Positions 10,641 to 23,100 of a stretch of 64,000 bases of DNA are shown here, piece after piece. Position 1 is the stretch's first letter, and each line of letters begins with the position of its first letter. The translations under genes and the position numbers were made by a program. The DNA lies in assembly GCF_006345805.1 (NCBI RefSeq), contig NW_021837038.1, positions 1 to 64,000 on the forward strand, written 5' to 3'. Below the pieces are notes generated by a model that did not search any database, was not told the DNA's origin, and worked only from the letters and a program-made list of their open reading frames with translations. The stretch is from Octopus sinensis (lineage: Eukaryota).

Positions 10641-11599
10641 AAAGAATGTGAATTTATAAGCATCACAGTCAACAATAAATTGAATTCTAAAGAGTTGATG
10701 TCTATGGTTGTTACCATAATAATGTTTGTGATGATGACAGTGTGATAAAGATGCTAATAATGTCTATGAGGATGATAATGTTTGTAAAGTTGACATTGAA
10801 ATAAAAAGATATTTATGTTTTTAACCTTTCGTTACCAAATTTTCATTGAAGCCTTGTGAGTGGATTTGGTAGACGGAAACTGAAAGAAGCCCGTCGTATA
10901 TATGTATATATGTGTATATGTTTGTATGTCTGTGTTTGTCCCCCCCAGCATCGCTTGACAACCGATGCTGGTGTATTTACGTCTCCGTAACTTAGTGGTT
11001 CGGTAAAAGTGACCGATAGAATAAGTACTAGGCTTCTAAAGAATAAGTCCTGGGGTCGAGTTGCTCGACTAAAGGCGGTGCTCCAGCACGGCCACAGTCA
11101 AATGACTGAAACAAGTAAAAGAGTAAATGTCCATCAACCACTTCCATTTATCATTCAGCTTGCGAAAATAGACGTGTCACTGACCTTAAAGACATATAAA
11201 GTTACCCCCTTGTTCCATGTATTTCTTTATACCGGGTTTCCTGTCAAATGATATTACAGCCTTCTGAGTAGAGTCATATTACATGGAATACAACCTACTC
11301 ATCCTAAAAATTTTAAGGTGTGATCTAAAATAAAGATATCCACTTCCTTCCTTCCTCTCTCCTTTCTCTCTATCTCTTCTCCACTTTTACATTACTTCCT
11401 CTCCTCGTTTTCTTCCTTCTTTTTCACTACAACTACTCTCTCTCTCTCCTCTTTTTACCTCCATTGTATTTTAGCTCTCTCTCCTTTTCCTCATTCCATC
11501 ACTCTTCCTTGTTTCACTCTATCTGTATCTACATTTCTCCCTTTCTCTCCTTCCTCTTACTCTCACACCTAACGAACTCTCACTATCTCTAAACAATGT

Positions 11600-11711
11600 C
11601 AATATCCTCGGAGACCTGGTATAAGGCTTCTGGAAACGAACTTTGGAAGGATCATCCAGTGTCTGAACTACATGAACAATTAAATAAGAATTAATTAAAT
11701 CAGAGGTGAGA
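11600..11711 (+). other. Putative non-coding first exon of ACOT copy 2 (donor at 11706)
   Basis: Homologous to 5490-5590 and part of the duplicated unit. Confidence 0.45.
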
Positions 11712-12139
11712 TATAATTAATTTACATACATTACCTTGTTTTTATTCACAATAGTAAAACGTTTAACTCGATTACAACTAAGACCTAACTTCTATTGAGC
11801 GGGTTGTGTATTGACGGCAAACCTACACAATTGGGACTCGATTCTGCTTCTGCACGAATTAATATTTTTAAATGAAATTTTCTACAAATATTCTTCAGAT
11901 GGTGTAGACTCTGATCATATCGGAATTTGCAAAAAAGTTTGTTTTTTTTGTGGATGGGAAGAGGATGGCATTCCTACAGATGTGTGCCCCACCTCTACTT
12001 TGTTGCCTCATAACTTACAGAAGGTTGTTTAAGGAAGGCCAGCAATTGCCCATGCATATCAGTTTCCCCTTTTCACGCCACCAACGTTGTCCAAGGGAAT
12101 ACAGCTTGGCACCAGTGATGTCGCAACTCATTTAGAAAG

Positions 12140-12790
12140 CTAGATTTATGGTCTTTAAGTGTAATCTGAGGTTTTCCAGTGACGTAAGCCTCGGTTCTTT
12201 CGCTAAATCTCTGACGATTTGTTATCCTCTCCTGTTTTTTTTTACTGTGTTATTATAACCATGTCTATATTTGTTGTATAATTCTTTCCTAACCAAATTC
12301 TTATATAACACAATATTGACGATTTAAATGTCACTTGTTTTATCTGACGGTACAAATGTTCCTGCAGCTTTGACGAAATCATCAAGTGATTTCTTAATTT
12401 CCTGTTGATTTTTATTGTATCTTCCAGGTATTTTCTGCATTTCCCGTTCTTACCTGTATCATAGAATTCCTCTTTGCTTCTGGTTAGTTGTTGGCTTGAC
12501 GGTGGGTTTTCCCTTCATTTAAATACTTTTCTTTGTAAGTCTCCACATTCAGGTTTGTCATGTGATCTATTTATTCTATCACAGAAGAAAGCCTTCTCCC
12601 ACATCCTTCATATGAAATGGTTGGGTATCTCCAACAATGGTCTTATATAATCCTTCCTGCTGATTTTGACGGTAAATTATGGAATAGGTCAGATAGAGAG
12701 AATGCTTTCGATATAGCGATGGGATGATCTGATTTTGCACAAGTCACAGACTAGGTTGGAATATATATTCTTTTGTTAATCCAGTCTTCC
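12140..12790 (-). mobile_element. Penelope-like element N-terminal/RT fragment (degenerate)
   Basis: Minus frames give RMWEKAFF, FVPSDKT and AYVTGKPQITLKDHK, resembling PLE RM.WKAFF / VPADKT / ITLKDHK motifs, with stops. Confidence 0.55.
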
Positions 12791-14306
12791 ATTCCAAAAG
12801 TCAAAGGAGGTCTATATAAAAATGAAGCTCTATAGTTCTTGGACAGAAGCAGTAAATTACAACTAAATACACATGGCTATCAATTCTATTGACTTTTAAG
12901 GATTTAGGATTCAACATTACTACAGAAAAATATTACAGTAGTGTAAATGTCCTTGACGCAACATTCTTATTTCTTTATTGCCCACATAAATCAAATAATA
13001 ATTCTATATATATATAAATGTAATATCCAATGATTAACCATCAATAATATGGTGATTAGCTAATAAAATTTCAATAAGAATATCTAGGTCATCTGTTAAT
13101 AAAGAGTGTTTTGAATCACATGCCACATATCACAGTACTGTTTTAGTTAGAGCTGGACAGCAAGAGAAGTTTGAATACATACACAACTCTGTCTATTCTG
13201 CCACTAATAATACACATACCACACCAACAAAGTTTTACAGTAAATGAATCGACCGAGATCGAATTACAGGTCAAAAGCAATTTTCAAAAGATTGAAAATT
13301 CAGATCAAAAATAGAGGTCAAAGAAATAAACAATAAATCAAAAGTCATAGGCACGCACAACGCTTTGATCCTACTGCTCATAACACAAATTGTCCCAACA
13401 CCAGAACAAATAAGCCAAACAACAAATATAAGTATCTTGATTTACTCTGGGACAACCCAGACCATAGTTCATTTGGGAATTTGTTGCTTGTTTAGGCAAA
13501 TGTTTCTCAAAATCAAATAGATACCATGCTATTTTTAATAGACACACCATAAAGGTATCATAAGCTAACTCTATTAATTTAGAGCAGCATATGCACCAGA
13601 TTAATGACACATTAATAACATAATAACGTTAATAAAATGATAACACTACATTATTGATCAACTGTTCAATAAACAACTTACTGTAACTATAAGTTATATC
13701 GTGCGAACTACTCTCATTTCGACAAATAAAAAAAGACAACAAACGTATACACCAAGATACCAAGAAATGGGATATAAACCAGAATGAAAAATCACCTTCT
13801 GCAGCCAGACAGTGATGGGAGCAGTAATAGTGATAGAGCCTATATGGTAATGGTGTCAGAAAATGATGACGGCATTGCCATATATACAACTAAATCTAAT
13901 AAATGCTTATGCAGGAAGACAACAAAATGCCCACTGATAAACCTCTGTATGAGTATGAATCTTGTATATAAGTGCACTGCACACACATTGAGAGGAATCT
14001 ATGTTAACATTGAGGCAACAGCTGATTTGTTCAAGAAATGTTATCGAAACGATGGTGCCAGCTTCAAGAGAATCAACAGAAGGCATTCGATATCTTTGGT
14101 TTTTCTTATCACTTAAACAATCCTGATGACTTTACAAACTTTTTCTTCTTTCCTCCTTGATCCATCAACTGTAGTGATTGACATATATTATACAAACATA
14201 AGCCACTCACGCATGTGTGACTATATATACATCCATATGAAAATACTTCTATCTCTGCTCTGTATGCGTGCAATTGCCTCTTTGAATACATTTGTGTCCT
14301 GGAATA

Positions 14307-14337
<31 letters not shown>

Positions 14338-14507
14338 GGTGTGTTTGTGTGTCCTGCTTCTATTTTATTCCTATGTTGATAAGTAATTAAAAATAACTGT
14401 TCTATTAACAAAATCTGTTTGTCTCAATCTTGAATTCTTATCTAAATCTCCCTATTTTATTTTTGTATTTCTTCTGCAGTCCTCCAAGTAAACACTGACC
14501 GAGAAAG

Positions 14508-14840
14508 ATGATCCTCCGTCCATCCTACCAACTACTCTCTGCTCTACGTCACATACCCACCTACCCAACATTCTTATCCAGAGCGCTAGTTTCGGTAACA
14601 GTGAATCCAGAAAAGGGTTTGGTTGATGAGCAATTGTCTGTGAGTGTTTCTGGTTTGAAACCTGAAGAAAATGTCACAGTCAGTGCCACAATCGAACAGA
14701 GCTCAAAGAAAAGAGAAACCGTTTTCAGGTCTTTCGGACATTTCAAAGCTTATTATCACCATAATAACTATTTGACCCTCATAAATGAACTATTTGTGCC
14801 GGTTGACCAGCAAAAAATTGCAGAAGCGTCTTTGAAATAG
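14508..14840 (+). pseudogene. ACOT: ACOT copy 2, internally deleted
   Basis: Near-identical to copy 1 from the acceptor (14479) to 14751 (= 8877 in copy 1, offset 5874). It then jumps to sequence matching the copy-1 3' flank at about 10070 (atcaccataata...gtgccggttgaccagcaaaaaattgcagaagcgtcttt). About 1.2 kb, including the whole catalytic domain, is missing. Confidence 0.9.
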
Positions 14841-15735
14841 AAGACTTTTGTAAAATATCTTAGTTATCATTCAGCTAGTGTTAGGAACACAAATTTTGAC
14901 TAAGATTTGGTGGAAGATTTTAATTCAGAACTTTTGAAAACAAGACATTTGTAGTACAGAGCCAGTGGTAGTTTCAGCCGGGTTGGTACCAAAAGGGTTA
15001 AAAATATCATGGTGACTTTAACCCTTTTGTTACCATATTTCTGTTGAGATGCTCTCTGTTTCTTTCAATTAATTTTAAATATAACAAAGATTTTAGTAAA
15101 ATAACTTAGTTATCATTCAGCTAGTGTTAGGAGCATAAATTGTGACTAAGGTTTGGTGGAAGATTTTAGTTCAGAAAATTTGAAAACAGGACATTTGTAC
15201 TACAGAGCCAGAGGCAGTTTGAGCCGTGTTTTTATCAAAAGAGTTAAACTCTTCAATTATGCCTGCCTCTCCCCTTACTAACAACTCATGTAGTCTACCC
15301 AATCACATATCATCTCTCTCTCTCTCTCGTGCGCACCGTGGGAACAGTGTGAATATTTAGCTCAAATTTTGTAAACACAAGTGAAAGGAAGGGTTGTGGT
15401 TTCGCCTCGTAGCGAACCTGGGGGTTATGTGTAACGTCTGAGTGTAAGGAAGTTCTCGGTTTCAACTCGCAGCAGGAGTGAGTCGGCTGTCTCATTTCCA
15501 TTATTGTATATCCATTTTCACATATCATTTTCATGTGTTTTATGTTCCCGCATGTCTTTGTATGTCCCTTTTGTGTTAGGCCTTGTGCCTGTAATAAAGA
15601 CATAGTCTTTCGGTTCCAGAACTTTTGAGGTCTAACCACTGACCACACAGGTCACTGCCAGTTCCAGCGACAACACAACAGCAGCCACATGGAGACTCAT
15701 CAACTTCGTCCAGCAGCATTCAGGACCACCGTCTC

Positions 15736-16375
15736 TTTCCTCGTCGCCTCCATCATCTTCCTAACGTCGTCAACATCATCTCCCTACGTACACAACAACC
15801 AGCAACACTCGTACAGGTTCTATCTCAACACTGTTTGTGAATTACTTCAACGTGGTTAACAGCAAATACAACCTGTGAGAACTCCTGTAACAAGTGACCG
15901 GCTCTGCATCATAGCCAGGGCTTCACGTACGACCGTACCTCAACCAGCTCTGCTTCTTTGCCACAACTTGTTACAGCACTTCAACTATCGTGTACCGCGA
16001 CTACGAACTGGTATTTATCATCCTTGTGTCTGAACATTCCTCTAACCTCCTATTCCCTTTCCTCGTCGCCTCCACCGTCTTCCTGACGTCGTCAACATCA
16101 TCTCCCTACGTACACAGCAACCAGCAACACCCGCACAGGTCCTGTCTCAACACTGTTTGTGAATTACTTCAACGTGGTTAACAGCAAATACAACCTGCGA
16201 GAACTCCTGTAATAAGTGACCGGCTCTGCATCATAGCCAGGGCTTCACGTACGACTGTACCTCAACCAGCTCTGCTTCTTTGCCACAACTTGTTACAGCA
16301 CTTCAACTATCGTGTACCGCGACTACGAACTGGTATTTATCATCCTTGTGTCTGAACATTCCGCTAACCTCCTAT
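15736..16375 (+). repeat. 322-bp tandem duplication
   Basis: tttcctcgtcgcctcca...gtgtctgaacattcc occurs at 15736 and 16058. Confidence 0.8.
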
Positions 16376-16575
16376 TATAGACTCTTTCAATGCTCTGTAT
16401 TTAATGCAGACACCTACACATTATGTATACATGACGGCTTGTCTATTACTATGTATATATGATGCACACACATGTTAACCTATCAATAAAATCTTCTCTT
16501 AAACATTCTACCCGGTTGTGTCTCTCTTTTACTTCTGGCACTTATATGTATTTATCCTTTCCATTTTTATTGTAT

Positions 16576-17610
16576 CGAGCTGGCAGAAATATTAGCATGC
16601 CGGGCGAAATGCTTAGCGGTATTTCTTCTGCTGCTACGTTCTGAGTTCAAATTCCGCTGAGGTCGACTTTGTCTTTCATCCTTTCGGGGTCGATTAAATA
16701 AGTAGCAGTTACACACTGGAGTTGATGTAATCGACTCAATCCATTTGTCTGTCCTTGTTTGTCCCCTCTGTGTGTAGCCCCTTGTGGGTAGTAAAGAAAT
16801 AGGTATTTCGTCTGCCGCTACATTCTGAGTTCAAATTCCGCCAAGGTCGAATTTGCCTTTCAAACTTTCAGGGTCGATTAAATAAGTACCAGTTACGCAC
16901 TGGGGCCAATGTAATCGACTTAATCCGTTTGTTTGTCCTTAGTTGTCCTCTCTGTGTTTAGCCCCTTATGGGTAGTAAAGAAATAGGTATTTCATCTGTC
17001 TTTACGTTCTGAGTTCAAATTCCGCCAAGGTCGACTTTGCCTTTCAAACTTTCAGGGTCAATTAAATAAGTACCAGTTATGCACTGGGGTCAATATAATC
17101 GACTTAATCCATTTGTCTGTCCTTGTTTGTCCCCTCTGTGTTTAGCCCCTTGTGGGTAGTAAAGAAATAGGTATTTCATCTGCTGCTATGTTCTGAGTTC
17201 AAATTCCGCTGAGGGTGACTTTGTCTTTCATCCTCTCGGGGTCGATTAAATAAGTACCAGTTACACACTGGGGTCGATATAATCGACTTAATCCGTTTGT
17301 TTGTCCTTGTTTGTCCTCTCTGAGTTTAGCCCCTGAGTTTAGTAAAGAAATAGGTATTTCGTCTGCCGCTACATTCTGAGTTCAAATTCCGCTGAGGTCG
17401 ACTTTGTCTTTCATCCTCTTGGAGTCAATTAAATAAGTATCAGTTACGCACTGGGGTCGATATAATCGACTTAATCCGTTTGTTTTCTCTGTGTTTAGCC
17501 CCTTGTGGGTAGTAAAGAAATAGGTATTTCATCTGCTGCTACGTTCTGAGTTCAAATTCCGCCGAGGTCGACTTTGTCTTTCATCCTTTCGGGGTCGATT
17601 AAATACCAGT
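16576..17610 (+). repeat. SINE with its body repeated about 5.5 times (about 184-bp period)
   Basis: One head gagctggcag...gaaatgcttagc followed by repeated gtatttcgtctgcc...aaagaaatag. Similar arrays at 51960-52531 (-) and 57232-58020 (+). Confidence 0.85.
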
Positions 17611-18984
17611 TAGCCGGAATAAATTCCTTGTGTTGCACATATTAATCATCCTTCCTACTAGATTACTACTAACTTATACCAACCTTAATTATTTAACTTT
17701 GATTATTAATTACTCTCTTACACGTAATGCATTAATTCCCACTCCCTGTATATCCGGTATGTTTATACAGGAATAATTTGGAAGGTTTATTAGTTTTTCG
17801 TGTTTGTTATATTATATATATATATATATAATATTTTTGACATATTCACAGTTTTTGAAATATTTTTTTTATATATCTGGGTCATTGAATTTTTTCAGTT
17901 TGAACGGCAGTTTTTTCTAGCGGTGTCATATGAAATTGTCACCCATAATTATGACCCTAGTATCGATCTATTGCATTTCAATCTGTTTTAGGGTTAGGGT
18001 TAGTTAGGGTTAGGGTTAGGGTTAGGGTTGGGGGGAAGGGTATCTTTTTTCTTCACAAATGTAAATAAACCGAATCTGTTTCTTAAACAAGGGACATAAT
18101 CATACGGCACAGAATGGTTTTTTTACCTCAATAGACGTCATTGATTGGTTGAAATTGCAGAAATTGAATAAAAAAAACAAAAAATATCTTACAAACTATA
18201 GAATTTTCTCAATAAAGCCAAGAGAAAAAGATGTTTTATAAACACATTCTACCAGTATACGAAGTTTAAAAGTGTTTAGTTACATGGAAATTATTTTTAA
18301 AAACTGCTGGTCAAACCGTAAAGATTCCTGTTTCTTAAACGAGGGACATATTCATATGGCACAGAATGTTTTTTACCTCAATAGACATCATTGATTGGTT
18401 GAAATTGCAGAAATTGAAGGAAAAAAACAACAAATATCTTACAAACTATAGAATTTTCCCAATAAAGCCAAGAGAAAAAGATGTTTTATAAACACATTCT
18501 ACCAGTATACGAAGTTTAAAAGTGTTTAGTTACATGGAAATTATTTTTTAAAAACTGCCGTTTCTCTTATCTTCATTGAGAAAAATTCTATAGTTTGTTA
18601 GATATTTGTTGGATTTTTTTCCAATTTCTGCAATTTCAACCAATCAATGACGTCTATTGAGGTGAAAACATTCTGTGCCGTTTGTCAACAACAACTATCG
18701 GCGATGTATTTTTCATTTGTCACTGTTACTTATGACAACCCTAACCCTAACCCCAAAACCTTAACCCTAACCCTAACCCATTGTGAACCATATAATGTTT
18801 ATAATGAATTAATTTGTGATAACACAGGTTGGGTGGTTAGTCAAAGGTCAGAATTAAGCCGAAACTGTTTCCTATGCATACCAAGATAATTACTTCCACT
18901 TTTGACTCAAAGCCACTAGTTTCAAGGTGAGGGTGTTAGTCGACTACACTGACTCCAGTTCATGGCTGGACTTCATTATTTTTT

Positions 18985-19667
18985 GGATCTTTTCGGTTTG
19001 ACCGGCAGTTTTTTCTAGCGGTGTCATATGAAATTGTCACCCATAATTATGACCCTAGTATCGATCTATTGCATTTCAATCTGTTTTAGGGTTAGGGTTA
19101 GAGTTAGGGTTAGGGGTGGGGAGAAGGGTATCTTTGTTTCTTCAGAAATGTAAATAAACCTAGTCTGTTTCTTAAATGAGGGACATATTCATACGGCACA
19201 GAATGTTTTTTTTACCTCAATAGACGTCATTGATTGGTTGAAATTGCAGAAATTGAATAAAAAAAACAACAAATATCTTACAAACTATAGAATTTTCTCA
19301 ATAAAGCCAAGAGAAAAAGATGTTTTATAAACACATTCTACCAGTATACGAAGTTTAAAAGTGTTTAGTTACGTGGAAATTATGTTAAAAAACTGCTGGT
19401 CAAACCGTAAAGATTCCTGTTTCTTAAACGAGGGACATATTCATACAGCACAGAATGTTTTTTACCTCAAGAGACGTCATTGATTGTTTGAAATTGCAGA
19501 AATTGAAGAAAAAAAAACAACAAATATCTTACAAAATATAGAATTTTCTCAATAAAGCCAAGAGAAAAAGATGTTTTATAAACACATTCTATCAGTATAC
19601 GAAGTTTAAAATTTTTTAGTTACGTGGAAATTATCTTAAAAAACTGCCGGTCAAACCGAAAAGATCC
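18985..19667. mobile_element. MITE with GGATCTTTTCGGTTTGA TIRs and 8-bp TSD (Merlin-like)
   Basis: TSD tatttttt on both sides, GG...CC termini, internal duplication and TTAGGG tract. Confidence 0.75.
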
Positions 19668-20041
19668 TATTTTTTTTATTAACCACGAAAGGATGGAAGG
19701 TAAGATTGATCTGGGCGGGATTTGAACGCAGAAAGAGTCGGAATAAATGCTTCCTGAGGTACGACAGGCTAACAATCCTATCAACACAACGCCTACTAAC
19801 ATTCATTGTTTCTCATCATCTTTAATTATGTAACACCAATTACTAATTATTCTCTCAAATGCAATGTACTGTCACTCCCTGTGTATCCGGTATGTTTGCG
19901 CAGAGCAAAAATTAGGAAATTTTAATTTGTTATGATACTGTTGCTGGTGTTATTACTATCTTGACCGTCATCTAACAGAAGTAATTCTTTATTTATAGTA
20001 TCAATATTTCAATCTGACTAAATTTGTTACCGAAAGTCACA

Positions 20042-20122
20042 ATGGAACAATTCTTAATAGCATTTATCGTAACACTGTTGTTGATTCACAATTCCGCAAA
20101 GTGCCCCAAACCTAAATATATT
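20042..20122 (+). CDS. IL17R: IL17R-like exon 1 (signal peptide MEQFLIAFIVTLLLIHNSAKCPKPKYI)
   Basis: Acceptor atttatag ends 19998; donor gtaagt at 20123; hydrophobic core. Confidence 0.75.
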
Positions 20123-23100
20123 GTAAGTATGACAATTAATGCAATAATTTCACTTAAGCAATTACTGTATTTTTATCTCGTTGTCCGAGTATCTCTGCTC
20201 CATCTTTTGAAGTAGCTTCTTTTTATGGCATTTGTTTTCTCAAGTTGTTTTCTTCCTTTCAAATCTCAATGTACTTTATTTAGGGATCTTTTCCATTTGA
20301 CCGGCAGTTTTTTAAAATGATTTCCACGTAACTAAACACTTTTAAACTTCGTATACTGGTAGAATGTGTTTATAAAACATCTTTTTCTCTTGGCTTTATT
20401 GAGAAAATTCTATAGTTTGTAAGATATTTGTTGTTTTTTTCTTCAATTTCTGCAATTTCAACTAATCAATGACGTCTATTGGAGGTGAAAACATTCTGTG
20501 CCATATGAATATGTTCCTTGTTTAAGAAACAGGGATCTTTTCGGTTTGACCGGCAGTTTTTTAAAATAATTTCCACGTAACTAAACACTTTTAAACTTCA
20601 TATACTGGTAGAATGTGTTTATAAAACATCTTTTCTCTTGGCTTTATTGAGAAAATTCTATAGTTTGTAAGATATTTGTTGTTTTTTTCTTCAATTTCTG
20701 CAATTTCAACTAATCAATGACGTCTATTGGAGGTGAAAACATTCTGTGCCATATGAATATGTTCCTTGTTTAAGAAACAGGGATCTTTTCGGTTTGACCG
20801 GCAGTTTTTTAAAATAATTTCCACGTAACTAAACACTTTTAAACTTCGTATACTGGTAGAATGTGTTTATAAAACATCTTTTTCTCTTGGCTTTATTGAG
20901 AAAATTCTATGGTTTGTAAGATAGTTGTTTTTTTTATTCAATTTCTGCAATTTCAACCAATCAATGACATCTATTGAGGTAAAAACATTCTGTGCTATAT
21001 GAATATGTCCCTGGGTTTGACCAGCAGTTTTTTAAAATAATTTCCACGTAACTAAACACTTTTAAACTTCGTATACTGGTAGAATGTGTTTATAAAACAT
21101 CTTTTTCTCTTGGCTTTATTGAGAAAATTCTATAGTTTGTAAGATATTTGTTGTTTTTTTCCTTCAATTTCTGCAATTTCAACCAATCAATGACATCTAT
21201 TGGAGGTGAAAACATTCTGTGCCGTATGAATATGCCCCTCGTTTAAGAAACAGGGATCTTTTCGGTTTGACCTGAAGTTTTTTAAAATCATTTCTACGTA
21301 ACTAAACACTTTTAAACTTCGTATACTGGTAGAATGTGTTTATAAAACATCTTTTTCTCTTGGCTTTATTGAGAAAATTCTATAGTTTGTAAGATATTTG
21401 TTGTTTTTTTTTCTTCAATTTCTACAATTTCAACCAATCAACGACGTCTATTGAGGTAAAAAAAAAACATTCAGTATTTTCACTGTTAGTTTCTAAATTG
21501 TTTTAACTAAATTAAAATTCAATAGAAATAAAATATTTAAAAAAAAATTCTCACTCTTTTTTTCCTTTTCAGGAATCTTATTATCTTTACAGGACAAAAT
21601 GTAAGTATCTTTATAAAACTATTCTTCAGATTGTAAAAACTACATAAGAATCATATTTATTCATGTTAATACACCTTATTTCTTTTAGAAGCATTGAAAG
21701 AAATGTAAAATTTATGATTTTGCATTTTTCAATTATTTTACATCAGCAATCCAACAACAACAACAACAACAACCACAACCATAACAACAGCCATAACCAC
21801 CACCACCACCACTACACTCTTGGAGTGGTTGGCGTTAGGAAGGGCATCCAGCTGTAGAAACACTGCCAGATCAAGATTGGAGCCTGGTGCAGCCATCTGG
21901 TTCGCCATCCCTCAGTCAAAATCGTCCAACCCATGCTAGCATGGAAAGTGGACGTTAAATGATGATGATGATATATATATATACATACGTATGTAACACA
22001 TAAAAGCACCCACTACACTCTCGGAGTTGTTGGCATTAGGAAGGGAATCCAGCTGTAGAAACACTGCCAGATAAAGACTGGAGCCTGCTGCAGCCATCTG
22101 GTTTGCCAGCCCTCAGTCAAAATCGTCCAACCCATGCTAGCATGGAAAGTGGACGTTAAATGATGATGATGATATATATATACATACGTATGTAACACAT
22201 AAAAGCACCCACTACACTCTCGGAGTTGTTGGCATTAGGAAGGGAATCCAGCTGTAGAAACACTGCCAGATCAGATTGGAGCCTGGTGCAGCCATCTGGT
22301 TCGCCAGCCCTCAGTCAAATCGTCCAACCCATGCTAGCATGGAAAGCGGACGTTAAACAATGATGATGATGTTGATGATGATGATGATTTTCCATGTTTC
22401 AGGTTGTAATGCAAGTTTGGATGTCTTTAAGCCGTTTCCTAACGGAAAGTACCCCGAGAGGCCGAAGTTTTTTCAACTAACAGATTTCCTGCGAAACGAG
22501 AAAAAAGGAATTAAAGCTGTGTGGAATGCAAGTAAGAACATTTCTCTAAAATTCTAAAAGCTTTTATGTTATAATTAAATGATGTAAATGTATTAAAAAG
22601 TGTTTACTGCATAAACAAAGATCCCATTTCTTAAAGCAAATTAAGTGGCTGTGTGGTAAGTAGCTTGCTAACCAACCACATGGTTCCGGGTTCAGTCCCA
22701 CTGCGTGGCATCTTGGGCAAGTGTCTTCTGCTATAGCCCCGGGCCGACCAATGCCTTGTGAGTGGATTTGGTAGACGGAAACTGAAAGAAGCCTGTCTTA
22801 TATATGTATATATATATATAGGCACAGGAGTGGCTGTGTGGTAAGTAGCTTGCTAACCAACCACATGGTTCCGGGTTCAGTCCCACTGCGTGGCATCTTG
22901 GGCAAGTGTCTCCTGCTATAGCCCCGGGCCGACCAATGCCTTGTGAGTGGATTTGGTAGACGGAAACTGAAAGAAGCCTGTCGTATATATGTATGTATAT
23001 ATGTATATGTGATGTGTTTGTGTGTCTGTGTTTTTCCCCCTAGCATTGCTTGACAACCGATGCTGGTGTTTTTACGTCCCCGTCACTTAGCGGTTCGGCA

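Noticed and set aside
17985-18030. Telomere or chromosome end
   Set aside because: Short TTAGGG tract internal to a MITE.
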